Shown: piece by piece, positions 1 through 9,517 of the stretch
How positions within the stretch are numbered: position 1 is the stretch's first letter
Layout: every line of letters starts with the position of its first letter
IMG/VR virus record: IMGVR_UViG_3300030419_000543
Coordinates: 1 to 50,341 of that record
Source of the DNA: a virus
Lineage: Duplodnaviria; Caudoviricetes
DNA length: 50,341 bases
Direction: 5' to 3' (one strand)
Translations under genes and position numbers: made by a program
Notes under the pieces: generated by a model
Databases searched by the model: none
What the model saw: only the letters and a program-made list of their open reading frames with translations
Told to the model about the DNA's origin: nothing

Positions 1-1
1 T

Positions 2-2122
2 AGTGCGTGGTTTCATATTGTCTGGACGGTAAGCACAAACGGCGAGGCAGTCAACAAACTTTGGATAAACGGATCAGAAGTAACTGAGTTCACAAAGACT
101 ACAGATAACCTAGCTGATGGTGATGTATTTCGATTTGGGAATAGTTCTCATCATCACTCTAATTTTGCTGATCCGAATGGCAGTGCTAATAACAAATCGA
201 TTTACGCATCTCAAATGTTCTATCAGGACGGTCAGAAGGTTACGGACATTACAGATTATGGTGAATTTAATGATGATGGTATTTGGGTTCCAAAAGATAT
301 TTCGGGCCTGACTTTTGGAACAAATGGCTATCTACTTGATTTTGCTGATGAAGATAGTCTCGGCAATGATGTAAGCGGAAATAATAACGATTTAACGGTA
401 AATGGCAGTATGACTTCTGCTAACTCGACTAACGACCGTCCAGTGAATGATGCAACTAATAATATTGGGAATTATTGTACTTGGAACTCTGTGATGACAA
501 CTGTAGGTGCGGATGCTACTGCTTGCGCCTACTCAAACGGCAACAAAACAATAGCACTGACAAACTATGGTGCAGGGTTTGGAACACAATTAATAGATGT
601 TACTGATTCCGACGGGTATTATTTTGAAGTTCATTATGACAGTACGTCTACGTATGGAGAAGTTGGAGTTACGTTTTTAGAAAACTTATATACAGTTATA
701 CCAAATTCATGGAATGCTGCTTCTGGATCAGGAACGGGTGGCTATGTCATAGTTTTAAGCGACGGTGATAAGAGGAGTGGTGGTAGTAACTCATCTTACG
801 GTGCGGCGGTTTCAGCTAACAGTTATATTCAAATTGTTGTTAAATCAGGAGCAGTCTATTTTGGTGTGGACAACCAATGGGCAAATGGTTCTGGTTCGTG
901 GAATCAGTCGTGGAGTAGTGCCACTGCTGCCTTCACAAGTTTAACAGGATCTTGCACACCTAGCGTTCACTACTCCGCTGGTAGTGGATCAAACGGTTCT
1001 TTTACTATACGCACTGATCCCTCCGACTTTGAAGGAACGCAACCTAGTGGAACGAAAACAATAGCCACACATAATATGACTGAGCCTACCATCACAAAAC
1101 CTTCAGACCATTTCCAAGTCATCGCTTACGAAGGAACGGATGCGTCCACATTAACAGTGGACACTAATTTTCAAGCGGATTGGGTATGGATCAAAGAACG
1201 AACAAATTCCAGAAGTTGGCATATGTACGATAGCGTTAGAGGGGAAGGAAAAGCTTTATATACAAATGGTGCATATGTTGAAGACGAGGACGAAGTAAAC
1301 GGGTATTTAGATCAATTCAATGCAACAAACGTTAGGCTAACAGATGGTACTACATCAGGAGTGAATGTTAAAGGCTCATCTGACTCAAACACATATGTAA
1401 TGTATGCCATGAAAGCTGGTGGTGCTGCATCCTCAAATTCTGACGGCACTATTACATCGAATGTATCGGCTAATACTGATGCTGGATTTTCCATTGTTAG
1501 TTATACAGGAAATTCTACTGCTGACGCTACAGTAGGTCATGGTCTTTCAAGCACTCCTGAACTTATAATTGTAAAAAGCAGAGAAGGCGCAGAATCATGG
1601 GCTGTCTGGCACAAAGCTCTAGCCGCTGGAAAGAGATTAGATTTAAATCTAGCAGCAGCAGAATTTACTACATCTAATTATATTGAGGGCGTTACCTCAG
1701 ATGTATTCCAGTTAAGTTCGTCTGGAGCCGTTATCAACAACGGAGATGATTTCATTGCGTACTGCTGGCACTCTGTAGAAGGCTTCTCAAAAATTGGGTC
1801 TTATGAAGGAAATGGTAATGCTAACGGGCCGTTTATCTATTTAGGCTTCAAGCCAGCATTCATTATGACTAAAAATATAGATGCTTCTGCGGCGTGGGCT
1901 ATCCATTCGGTTGCACAGTCAGATCAATATAACGATCAGTATTACGAGTTATATGCAAATGCAAGTGACGATCAAGGAAGTTTAGGGGCAAGACGAGATT
2001 TCTTATCTAATGGAACGAAAATACGTAATGGCAGTAGCAGTGCCTACAATACGCTTAGTAAAACGTATATCTATATGGCATTTGCAGAAACACCATTTGC
2101 ATCTAACAATAGAGCGAGATGA
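2..2122 (+). CDS. Tail fibre/receptor-binding-type protein with LamG/ConA-like and SPRY-like domains (5'-truncated)
   Basis: Frame is open from position 2 (SAWFHIVWTV..KLWING, LamG-like), upstream of the ORF-track start at 215. Also contains GIWVPK..FGTNGYLLDF, YYFEV (SPRY-like) and C-terminal GFSIVSYTGN/HGL..PELIIVKSR/YCWHSVEGFSKIGSY repeats typical of marine phage tail proteins. Confidence 0.75.
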   Translation, partial: SAWFHIVWTVSTNGEAVNKLWINGSEVTEFTKTTDNLADGDVFRFGNSSHHHSNFADPNGSANNKSIYASQMFYQDGQKVTDITDYGEFNDDGIWVPKDISGLTFGTNGYLLDFADEDSLGNDVSGNNNDLTVNGSMTSANSTNDRPVNDATNNIGNYCTWNSVMTTVGADATACAYSNGNKTIALTNYGAGFGTQLIDVTDSDGYYFEVHYDSTSTYGEVGVTFLENLYTVIPNSWNAASGSGTGGYVIVLSDGDKRSGGSNSSYGAAVSANSYIQIVVKSGAVYFGVDNQWANGSGSWNQSWSSATAAFTSLTGSCTPSVHYSAGSGSNGSFTIRTDPSDFEGTQPSGTKTIATHNMTEPTITKPSDHFQVIAYEGTDASTLTVDTNFQADWVWIKERTNSRSWHMYDSVRGEGKALYTNGAYVEDEDEVNGYLDQFNATNVRLTDGTTSGVNVKGSSDSNTYVMYAMKAGGAASSNSDGTITSNVSANTDAGFSIVSYTGNSTADATVGHGLSSTPELIIVKSREGAESWAVWHKALAAGKRLDLNLAAAEFTTSNYIEGVTSDVFQLSSSGAVINNGDDFIAYCWHSVEGFSKIGSYEGNGNANGPFIYLGFKPAFIMTKNIDASAAWAIHSVAQSDQYNDQYYELYANASDDQGSLGARRDFLSNGTKIRNGSSSAYNTLSKTYIYMAFAETPFASNNRAR

Positions 2123-2233
2123 TTAAGATTGGGAGTGTATGGTATCCTAAATCGCAGAAGAACCTAGCATTACAAATTGCAAGATGGATACATAAGGCAG
2201 TAATAACAGAAATGAGAAAAAAGAAGAGGCGGT

Positions 2234-2767
2234 ATGGAACCTATAGGCGCAACAATAGCAGCTATCGCATTGGCAAAAAAAGCCGTTGATGCAGCACGAG
2301 ATGTAAAGGATATAGGACATTCTTTAGAGGCATTATTTTCAGATCACGAAGAACAAGAGAAACAACCTAAGAAAAAGAAAAAAAAGAAACCTAAGACACG
2401 TATGCAACAAGTTCTTCGTATACGTTCTGGAGATGAAGGATACGATGACGATACCTCAATTTCTGCAGTAGCTAATAAGGTTTTAGAGGAGAAACAGAAA
2501 GCTAGAGCTTTAGAAGGATTAGCTAGAGAAATTGATCGTAAATGGGGAAGAGGTACGTGGAACGAGATAAAGAGTCAACGTAGGAAGTTAATAGCAGAAA
2601 GAGATGCTGCTCAACAATTAGCTAAAGAGAATGCCTTAAAGAAAGCTAAAGCTGATAAGGTATTTTGGGATAAGGTGTTATTAGAAGGACGTAACGTATT
2701 AATCATAATAGCGATGATAACGAGTCTATATTTCTTCCTAAGTTGGGCATGTAAAGGGTGTGTGTAA
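2234..2767 (+). CDS. Hypothetical protein with C-terminal transmembrane helix
   Basis: 177-aa ORF with GAGG RBS, Lys-rich middle and hydrophobic C-terminus. Confidence 0.6.
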   Translation: MEPIGATIAAIALAKKAVDAARDVKDIGHSLEALFSDHEEQEKQPKKKKKKKPKTRMQQVLRIRSGDEGYDDDTSISAVANKVLEEKQKARALEGLAREIDRKWGRGTWNEIKSQRRKLIAERDAAQQLAKENALKKAKADKVFWDKVLLEGRNVLIIIAMITSLYFFLSWACKGCV

Positions 2768-2771
2768 ATAG

Positions 2772-3170
2772 ATGTCACAGGAAGTAAGCTCCGATACTTC
2801 AGTTGCGATGCCAATACGCAACTTACTGTCCATCGTAGCTGCAGTGGCGATAGGAACGTGGGCTTACTTCGGTGTAGTAGAAAGACTTAATAAGCTTGAG
2901 ACACAACAACAATTGATGCAGTCAGACTTAGAGAAGAATAGTGAGTTTAGGATTAATACTCCACAATCTGCTACAGAGAAAGAAGCTTTTATGTTAATAG
3001 AGCATATGAGCAGTCAAATGGAATCTTTAACGTCTAAAGTAAATAATATGCTTCACAATAAAGTTAATATTACCCGGCTTCAAAAAGACACTGAAAAAAT
3101 GCAAGCTGATATAGAAAAGTTAAAAGATCAAGCTAGAAACTTAGAAGTGCATAACGGGAATGGAAAATGA
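2772..3170 (+). CDS. Membrane-anchored coiled-coil protein
   Basis: N-terminal TM segment (LLSIVAAVAIGTWAYFGVV) followed by heptad-rich sequence. Confidence 0.6.
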   Translation: MSQEVSSDTSVAMPIRNLLSIVAAVAIGTWAYFGVVERLNKLETQQQLMQSDLEKNSEFRINTPQSATEKEAFMLIEHMSSQMESLTSKVNNMLHNKVNITRLQKDTEKMQADIEKLKDQARNLEVHNGNGK

Positions 3171-3395
3171 ATGGAAACTTTTATCGGATTTGTGTTATAC
3201 CTTTATACTACAGCAGGGCAGTTACTTGAATTTACACCAAGAGATAGTTTATCAGACTGTTTGAAGACTAAGAGAAAGATAGAGAGGACTGATCCTCCGA
3301 TACGAGGTAAAGAACGTTGGGTGTGTAAACAAGGTAAATTAAAATTAAAGACAATTGACGGTAAGAAGTACCCTGTAGAGGTTATAGATCATTAA
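3171..3395 (+). CDS. Hypothetical protein
   Basis: 74-aa ORF tightly packed between neighbours; S..DC..KR..R...WVC pattern. Confidence 0.55.
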   Translation: METFIGFVLYLYTTAGQLLEFTPRDSLSDCLKTKRKIERTDPPIRGKERWVCKQGKLKLKTIDGKKYPVEVIDH

Positions 3396-3817
3396 TGCTT
3401 ATATTAAATAAAATATTACAAAAAAGTATCTTTTTACTTGCTTTAATAGCTGTAATAGTCTATAATAATCCAGTAACTGCACAAGAAAAGAAAGAAGAAG
3501 AAGCAAAAATAACAACTTTCGGTGTTGTAGTATCTACGTGTAAAAGTATAGAAGCTATTAAAGGCTTGGCAGAGATGGATAAAAAATCTGATCAAGATGC
3601 TAGGAATCTCTTCAGGTATTTAATGTATCAAGGTAAATGTGGTAGATTGCCTCAACCTACTTTACTACCATTATCTGAACTTCTAGAAGAGTACATAGAT
3701 ACTGAGGGTGAAATCGTACAGATATGGAAGTTATATAAGATTGAACACTGGAGCTTAGTCCGTAAGAAGTTTATTACTGATAAAAAAGGGAATAAAACTA
3801 ATGCAATTACGATATAG
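3395..3817 (+). CDS. Hypothetical secreted/periplasmic protein
   Basis: TAATG overlap with upstream gene; signal-peptide-like N-terminus ending VTA-Q. Confidence 0.55.
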   Translation: MLILNKILQKSIFLLALIAVIVYNNPVTAQEKKEEEAKITTFGVVVSTCKSIEAIKGLAEMDKKSDQDARNLFRYLMYQGKCGRLPQPTLLPLSELLEEYIDTEGEIVQIWKLYKIEHWSLVRKKFITDKKGNKTNAITI

Positions 3818-3840
3818 ACAAGATGATAAGGTAGACTGAT

Positions 3841-5460
3841 ATGGCTGAAGAGACTACTACGACAACACAGACACCACGTTCCTTATCAGTAGAAGAGGCT
3901 AATAAACCTATTCTGGATATTACAAGTGAGCAAGCCTTAATGGGTGCAGACACTACGGACCCTGCAACTGGAGAGACTATTCCCGGTGCTACTACTAGTC
4001 AGCTTGTGGGAAAAGCAGAGTATAAACCTACTGACAAGACTGTAGAAACAGATGAGTTATTAACTACTGCAGGGAAAACATTAGGAGTATCTACTTCTTC
4101 ACCTACAGGTACTTCAGCCGATACCGTAGCAGCAGTAGCTACACCTACTGAAAGCGATGCAGCGCAGATAGATACTGTTGAACGTACTAATTCAAGTGTA
4201 GGTACTGCTACAGCCGCGCAGGGCGCAGTAAGCACTGGTGTAGTAATTGATCCTAATCAAATAGTAGATACTCAAACTAAACAAGATATGTTTGAGCGTG
4301 GTAGTTTAGCTGATGCTAAGACACAGACTCTAGCTGCAGAGGCTTCTACTAAGTATCAAGTAGAACAGTTGATGGCAGCACTAGATGCTGGAGCAGAACT
4401 ACCACCTTGGGCTGCACCTGCTGCACGTAAGGTACGTAGTATGATGAACCAAAGAGGACTTAGCTCCTCTTCGATGGCTGCAGCCGCTATGGTACAGGCT
4501 TTAATGGAAAGTTCTATTCCTATAGCACAATCCGATGCACAGACACACGCAAGATTACAACTACAGAATTTAAGTAACGAACAACAGACCGCCCTAGCCA
4601 ATGCAGCCACTATAGCTGCTATGGACCGTGCTAATCTAGACGTACGTATGAAATCAGCACAGATTAATGCACAATCTTTATTACAGATGGATTTAGCTAA
4701 TTTAAGTAACAGGCAAGCTTCTTCAACATTAACGTACCAAATTAAAGCACAATCTTTATTTAATGATCAATCTGCTGCTAACGCTGCGAAACAGTTCAAT
4801 GCTACTTCACAGAATCAAGTTAATCAGTTCTATGATACTTTAGGTACTACAGTAGCTAATAACAATGCTAATCGTGAAGTAGCTCTTAATGAGTTTAATA
4901 CTGATCAAGCTAACTCTATGGCAAAGTACACAGCTTCTCTTGAAGATGCACGAGAGAAGTTTAATGCTAATGTACAAAATCTTGTAGATCAATCGAATGC
5001 TATATGGCGGCGTAATGTAAACACTATAAACAATGCTGCACAGAATGCAGCGAACAAGTACAATGCAGAAGTTGTGTTAGGTTTAGGTGTAGATTCTATG
5101 AATAATCTCTGGCAGAAGTATCGTGATGAAGCTTCACAAGCTTATACTGCAGGAGAGAATGCGAAGCAACGTGCACATGCTTTAGCGGTTACTGCTATTG
5201 CTAATCAGTTTTCTATGGACTTATTCAGAGCAGGTGTGGATCAGGATCAGTCAGAGAAGACATCTAGATTTTTCGGAGGTTTACTTGATAAGGTTATAAG
5301 TGCAGGACTTAAAGCTTTCACGTTTGATGGTAGTGGCGGTAGTGATACTGATTTGGAGTCTTGGTATAATTATGATGAAGCGGCTGATGCAGATACTGAT
5401 CTATTCGACATAGGTTTAATACCTGAAGATGAAGATTGGTGGGTAACAGGTGATGAATAA
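3841..5460 (+). CDS. Putative internal virion / DNA-ejection protein
   Basis: 539 aa; Thr-rich N-terminus then a long Gln/Asn/Ala-rich helical region (QFNA, NQFY, KFNAN repeats); lies after the tail genes. Confidence 0.6.
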   Translation: MAEETTTTTQTPRSLSVEEANKPILDITSEQALMGADTTDPATGETIPGATTSQLVGKAEYKPTDKTVETDELLTTAGKTLGVSTSSPTGTSADTVAAVATPTESDAAQIDTVERTNSSVGTATAAQGAVSTGVVIDPNQIVDTQTKQDMFERGSLADAKTQTLAAEASTKYQVEQLMAALDAGAELPPWAAPAARKVRSMMNQRGLSSSSMAAAAMVQALMESSIPIAQSDAQTHARLQLQNLSNEQQTALANAATIAAMDRANLDVRMKSAQINAQSLLQMDLANLSNRQASSTLTYQIKAQSLFNDQSAANAAKQFNATSQNQVNQFYDTLGTTVANNNANREVALNEFNTDQANSMAKYTASLEDAREKFNANVQNLVDQSNAIWRRNVNTINNAAQNAANKYNAEVVLGLGVDSMNNLWQKYRDEASQAYTAGENAKQRAHALAVTAIANQFSMDLFRAGVDQDQSEKTSRFFGGLLDKVISAGLKAFTFDGSGGSDTDLESWYNYDEAADADTDLFDIGLIPEDEDWWVTGDE

Positions 5461-5473
5461 AGGAACAATGTAA

Positions 5474-5935
5474 ATGAGCATATTAAGCACAGCGACTAAC
5501 TGGTTAGTCAAGACAGGTCTAGAAGCAGCCTTCGGTGGTGGTGGCGGTGGAGGCGGTGGTGTCAGTGGTCAAGGATTGGCTGAAGCAACACGACAGACAC
5601 AGCAACAATTGTCTAGTATTCAAGGTAGACAAGTACTACAGCAATATGGAGCGCATAAAAAGAATATACAGAGTGCAGGAATGGGTGCATCTAGACCACC
5701 AGACGCTGCACCTAGACACGAGAAAGGTAGGCTAGGCTTACAATTACTACAAAGAGCTAGGCAGGGCGAAGTGTCTGATCCACTTATGATGCAATTAGTT
5801 ACTAAACAGGCTGCAAGAACAGGAAACATCACAGACGATGTTGTAGCAACCATTCAAGGTTCATATAAAACTACTTCACTGGATACGGGTACACGAACAC
5901 GTAAAACAGCTAGAGGTAGTTTTCTAGATAAATAG
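5474..5935 (+). CDS. Putative small internal virion protein with poly-Gly tract
   Basis: AAGGA RBS; amphipathic N-terminus followed by G9. Confidence 0.55.
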   Translation: MSILSTATNWLVKTGLEAAFGGGGGGGGGVSGQGLAEATRQTQQQLSSIQGRQVLQQYGAHKKNIQSAGMGASRPPDAAPRHEKGRLGLQLLQRARQGEVSDPLMMQLVTKQAARTGNITDDVVATIQGSYKTTSLDTGTRTRKTARGSFLDK

Positions 5936-5946
5936 GATAAAAAATT

Positions 5947-6489
5947 ATGGCGCAATCTCCATTTCTTAAAGATGCTTCACCGATGAATACGATGGCAATA
6001 CCGGGGCAATCTCTAACCGATACACCTAAACAATACCCTTGGGAAAAACCAGCTAAGTTCTCACAACCAGAGAAAGCTTTCGCTGCTATAGCGTCTAATT
6101 GTAAGAAGCCTTCAGCACGTAAGGATATAGCTAGACTTTTAGACGTAGGTTTGACAGCAGAGACTTTAGCATCAGGAATGGTTATGAACGCATTTACTGA
6201 AGGATACTGCACACCTGATGTCGGAGAGATAATAAAAGAGCCGCTTGTGCGTGTAATAACTAGAATAGGTCTTGATGAAGGTGTAGAAGAAATTGACATT
6301 GTTAATGAATTACCAGAACCTGCTATGACACATGACGATTCCTATTCGTTAATGGCTAAAATGAATCCTGAGAAATATGAGAGAGAGATGGAAAAGATAC
6401 CTGAATATAACTTTGAAGATGAAGAAGAAATGATAGAACCTGAACAAGAAATGTCAGAAGGTTTTATTAATCGTGAGGGGAGTGTTTAA
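5947..6489 (+). CDS. Conserved phage virion-associated protein
   Basis: IPGQSLT..PKQYPWEKP and F.EG...PDV motifs, recognised from marine podovirus internal-protein clusters. Confidence 0.6.
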   Translation: MAQSPFLKDASPMNTMAIPGQSLTDTPKQYPWEKPAKFSQPEKAFAAIASNCKKPSARKDIARLLDVGLTAETLASGMVMNAFTEGYCTPDVGEIIKEPLVRVITRIGLDEGVEEIDIVNELPEPAMTHDDSYSLMAKMNPEKYEREMEKIPEYNFEDEEEMIEPEQEMSEGFINREGSV

Positions 6490-6490
6490 G

Positions 6491-9400
6491 ATGGCTATGC
6501 AATGGGGCAGCTTTTTAGAAGGTTATCAAGAGAGTAAAGATAAGCGTGAATCTGCTGAAGCAGCGCAACGTGCCGCACAAGAAGAAAGAGATTACGAAGA
6601 GAAAAAGTGGATATTCCAACAAGATTATCAAGCAGCACTTACTCGTGATGAAGCAATGAGGAAAGAAAGAATCGAAAAACAACGCCGCCTTCAGGATAGA
6701 GATTGGTCAAAAGAGGATACGCGAAATAATAAAATATTTGAATTATTTAAAGCAGATAAAGAATATATGATGAAAACTGTCGAGGCATTAGCTAAGACAC
6801 CGGGAGGCGTTCCTCCAAGTCTGGCAGAAAGAATGATTGCTAATAAATATCTTTCTAGACAACAAATTAATATGATGAATACTGCTGGACAGGCTGAACT
6901 GAAAGGTACAAAACTTAAAGGAACTGTAGACGGTCTTAATGCAACTTTAACATCACACAGTAAAGGAGCAATTATATACTTTCCGGGCGGTGAACGTGGT
7001 TTCGTAAATATGTACAAACCAATTTGGAATCAAACAATATACAAAGATGAAGATATAAATGCTTTCGCACGAGAGTTTATAGGTCAAGTAGCAAAATCAA
7101 AAGAAAAATTTTTACGTAAAAATGATCCTAAAGCTACATCTTTACGTGCAGGTAAAGGTGAAGAAGAATTTTCAACTAGCGTTGGAAAAGCAAAAATTAC
7201 AGCATCGTTTACAACTAATGACCCATCAGATTTAGTTAAGTCTCTAAAAGCACATAAACTTCATATGAATACATTGCTGTATTCTTTAAGAACTAATCTT
7301 CAACTTGGTAAAAACAAACCTAATGGTGGGATAGGTCTTAACGCAATAAATGATAAAGACTTTATAAGGGATAGATTAGAAAGTGAGATGTACAAAAGAA
7401 ATGAATTTATAGGCAAAACAAAAATACCTTATAAAGACTTAAAGACATTTATAAGAAGTCATCAAGGTGGTGACGAATTTATAAAGAATTATATGGAACC
7501 ACAATCAGGTAATGAACTACTTATAGGTAGAGATGAACCTGCTGTTAGTACACAAACAAAACCACAAGTGTCAGCAGCAGAACCGCCAGTAGAATCTCAA
7601 ACAAATGCTATAGCTAGTGAAACTTCACAACAGCCATCTACTCTACCTTCTGTTAAACCTGAAGCAGCACCGAGTATGTCTAATGCAGATATTATTTCCA
7701 AACCTTATGAAACAGGGGATAACAATGTCTTTTTACCTTCTGGACTAGATTCATCTAAGGAAGGAATATATCATATAGGCTTTGAACATAAACCTGAACA
7801 TGATTATGGTGTTATGAAAGCAAATCATATAATTATAGGAAATGCTTTAACAGAAGCTACTGGCAGAACTGACTTAGATTCAAATGAAACTGAGAATTAT
7901 TTTATGCAGTTAAATACAAAAGATAATCTTGTCAATAGAGAACGTAAGAAAGCGTATTTAACCTATAGAATATCTAAAAGATTTCAAGAATTCGCACAGA
8001 ATCCTCTTGATAGTAGAATGAGAACGCAGATTAGTAAAGATAATACTTTTCATAAACATCTTATAGAACTACAGAACGAAGACCCTAACTTCGATGCTAG
8101 ATCAGCTTTTGCTGAAGCATATTTTAGGACTATAGCAAGATATGAGGTTGATCCTTCTAAACAAGGAGATGGCTCTTCAAGGGATATAAGTACAGGTTCT
8201 TCTATGTATTACAAACAAGATGGAACGCCTCTACCGACATATAGTAGAGCAGTTGCTATTAGAAATAAAACACAAGATATGTTAAATGATTTAGATCATG
8301 TAGTTGAGTTAGCTCAAAAAGGTGCAGGAGGTGTGCCTCTAGTTGGTGCAGCATCTGACGCTACAGTTTTTCTACAAAGAATGACCCGTACTATAGGTGA
8401 TTTTAAAACTCTATTTCAACAATTTGTAAAGAATCCTAATACCTCTAGAGAAGGTTATGAAACTTCTACAGACGTAAATAGAGGGCTTATGAATGACTTT
8501 ATGGAAAAAGCAGAAGGAGAAAGAATAAGACTAAAAGGAGATGAAGGAGAATATTCAGCTAAAGAGTATATCTACAGATCAAGATTATTATCTGCTAAAA
8601 TTCAATTAGCGTATACACTGTCATCTGCTTTACAAGGAGATGGAACAGGAGGTGGACGAACTATCTCTGACGCTGATTTTAAATACGCTATGCTTGCAAT
8701 ATGGGGTACAGAGCCTGAACAAATAATTGGTAGATTAACTGCTTTAAGATCATCTACTAATAGTAAACTTAATCGTCTGAAAGCAGATTTTAAATATGAT
8801 AAATTAGGTCAAGCTGAAAAAGTACGGACCTTTATGAATGAATTTGATAAATATCAAAGAATGGATATGGATGAAAGATGGGCAAGCTTACTAGCTGAAG
8901 GAGCTAATAACGAAGGATCAGTACCTTCAGCTACCGATACAAAAGCTATGTACCCTGCACTTGAAAAGAGACTTACTAGCAATGAAGCATTATTAACTTT
9001 CGGACAAGATACTGAAGGAAGGATGTTCTCAAATAGTAAGAAAAAAAGAAAAAATCAACTACTAAAAATAGGGAATGTAACAAGTCATCTTTTAAATCAT
9101 ACTCTAATGCCTGATTTAGTAACAGCATATACTACCGCTAAATCAGGAAATGAAGACTTAGACGCTAATACATTTGTCAGAAATTTTCTTAAAGTAGGAA
9201 CACCTAATCACAAAAATTTTTCTTCTTTAAGAAATACTGTTACTAATTCACTTTTTAGTCGAATAGAAATGATAAATAATACACCTGTTAGTGTACCTAA
9301 TCCAGATAGTATTTTAAGAAGTAAAGACGGAAAGTTAGTAGTTAGCTCAGATAAGAGTTTAAAACCTGTAAGTGTATTTGATAGGCCTAGCCAATACTAT

Positions 9401-9499
9401 GAAGATAAAGGTAATACAGCAGGTCCAGCTAGTTTGTATTTTTCTATACTGAGTTTCGCCATTGAGTCTTTATACAAATCTAAATCAATTCCTGCATAA
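6491..9499 (+). CDS. Large putative internal virion (ejection) protein
   Basis: About 1000 aa. Likely start is ATG 6491 (MAMQWGSFLEGY) after GAGGGAG. N-terminal charged coiled coil; context analogous to T7 gp15. Confidence 0.55.
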   Translation: MAMQWGSFLEGYQESKDKRESAEAAQRAAQEERDYEEKKWIFQQDYQAALTRDEAMRKERIEKQRRLQDRDWSKEDTRNNKIFELFKADKEYMMKTVEALAKTPGGVPPSLAERMIANKYLSRQQINMMNTAGQAELKGTKLKGTVDGLNATLTSHSKGAIIYFPGGERGFVNMYKPIWNQTIYKDEDINAFAREFIGQVAKSKEKFLRKNDPKATSLRAGKGEEEFSTSVGKAKITASFTTNDPSDLVKSLKAHKLHMNTLLYSLRTNLQLGKNKPNGGIGLNAINDKDFIRDRLESEMYKRNEFIGKTKIPYKDLKTFIRSHQGGDEFIKNYMEPQSGNELLIGRDEPAVSTQTKPQVSAAEPPVESQTNAIASETSQQPSTLPSVKPEAAPSMSNADIISKPYETGDNNVFLPSGLDSSKEGIYHIGFEHKPEHDYGVMKANHIIIGNALTEATGRTDLDSNETENYFMQLNTKDNLVNRERKKAYLTYRISKRFQEFAQNPLDSRMRTQISKDNTFHKHLIELQNEDPNFDARSAFAEAYFRTIARYEVDPSKQGDGSSRDISTGSSMYYKQDGTPLPTYSRAVAIRNKTQDMLNDLDHVVELAQKGAGGVPLVGAASDATVFLQRMTRTIGDFKTLFQQFVKNPNTSREGYETSTDVNRGLMNDFMEKAEGERIRLKGDEGEYSAKEYIYRSRLLSAKIQLAYTLSSALQGDGTGGGRTISDADFKYAMLAIWGTEPEQIIGRLTALRSSTNSKLNRLKADFKYDKLGQAEKVRTFMNEFDKYQRMDMDERWASLLAEGANNEGSVPSATDTKAMYPALEKRLTSNEALLTFGQDTEGRMFSNSKKKRKNQLLKIGNVTSHLLNHTLMPDLVTAYTTAKSGNEDLDANTFVRNFLKVGTPNHKNFSSLRNTVTNSLFSRIEMINNTPVSVPNPDSILRSKDGKLVVSSDKSLKPVSVFDRPSQYYEDKGNTAGPASLYFSILSFAIESLYKSKSIPA

Positions 9500-9517
9500 G
9501 ATAGAAAGAAAAATAGA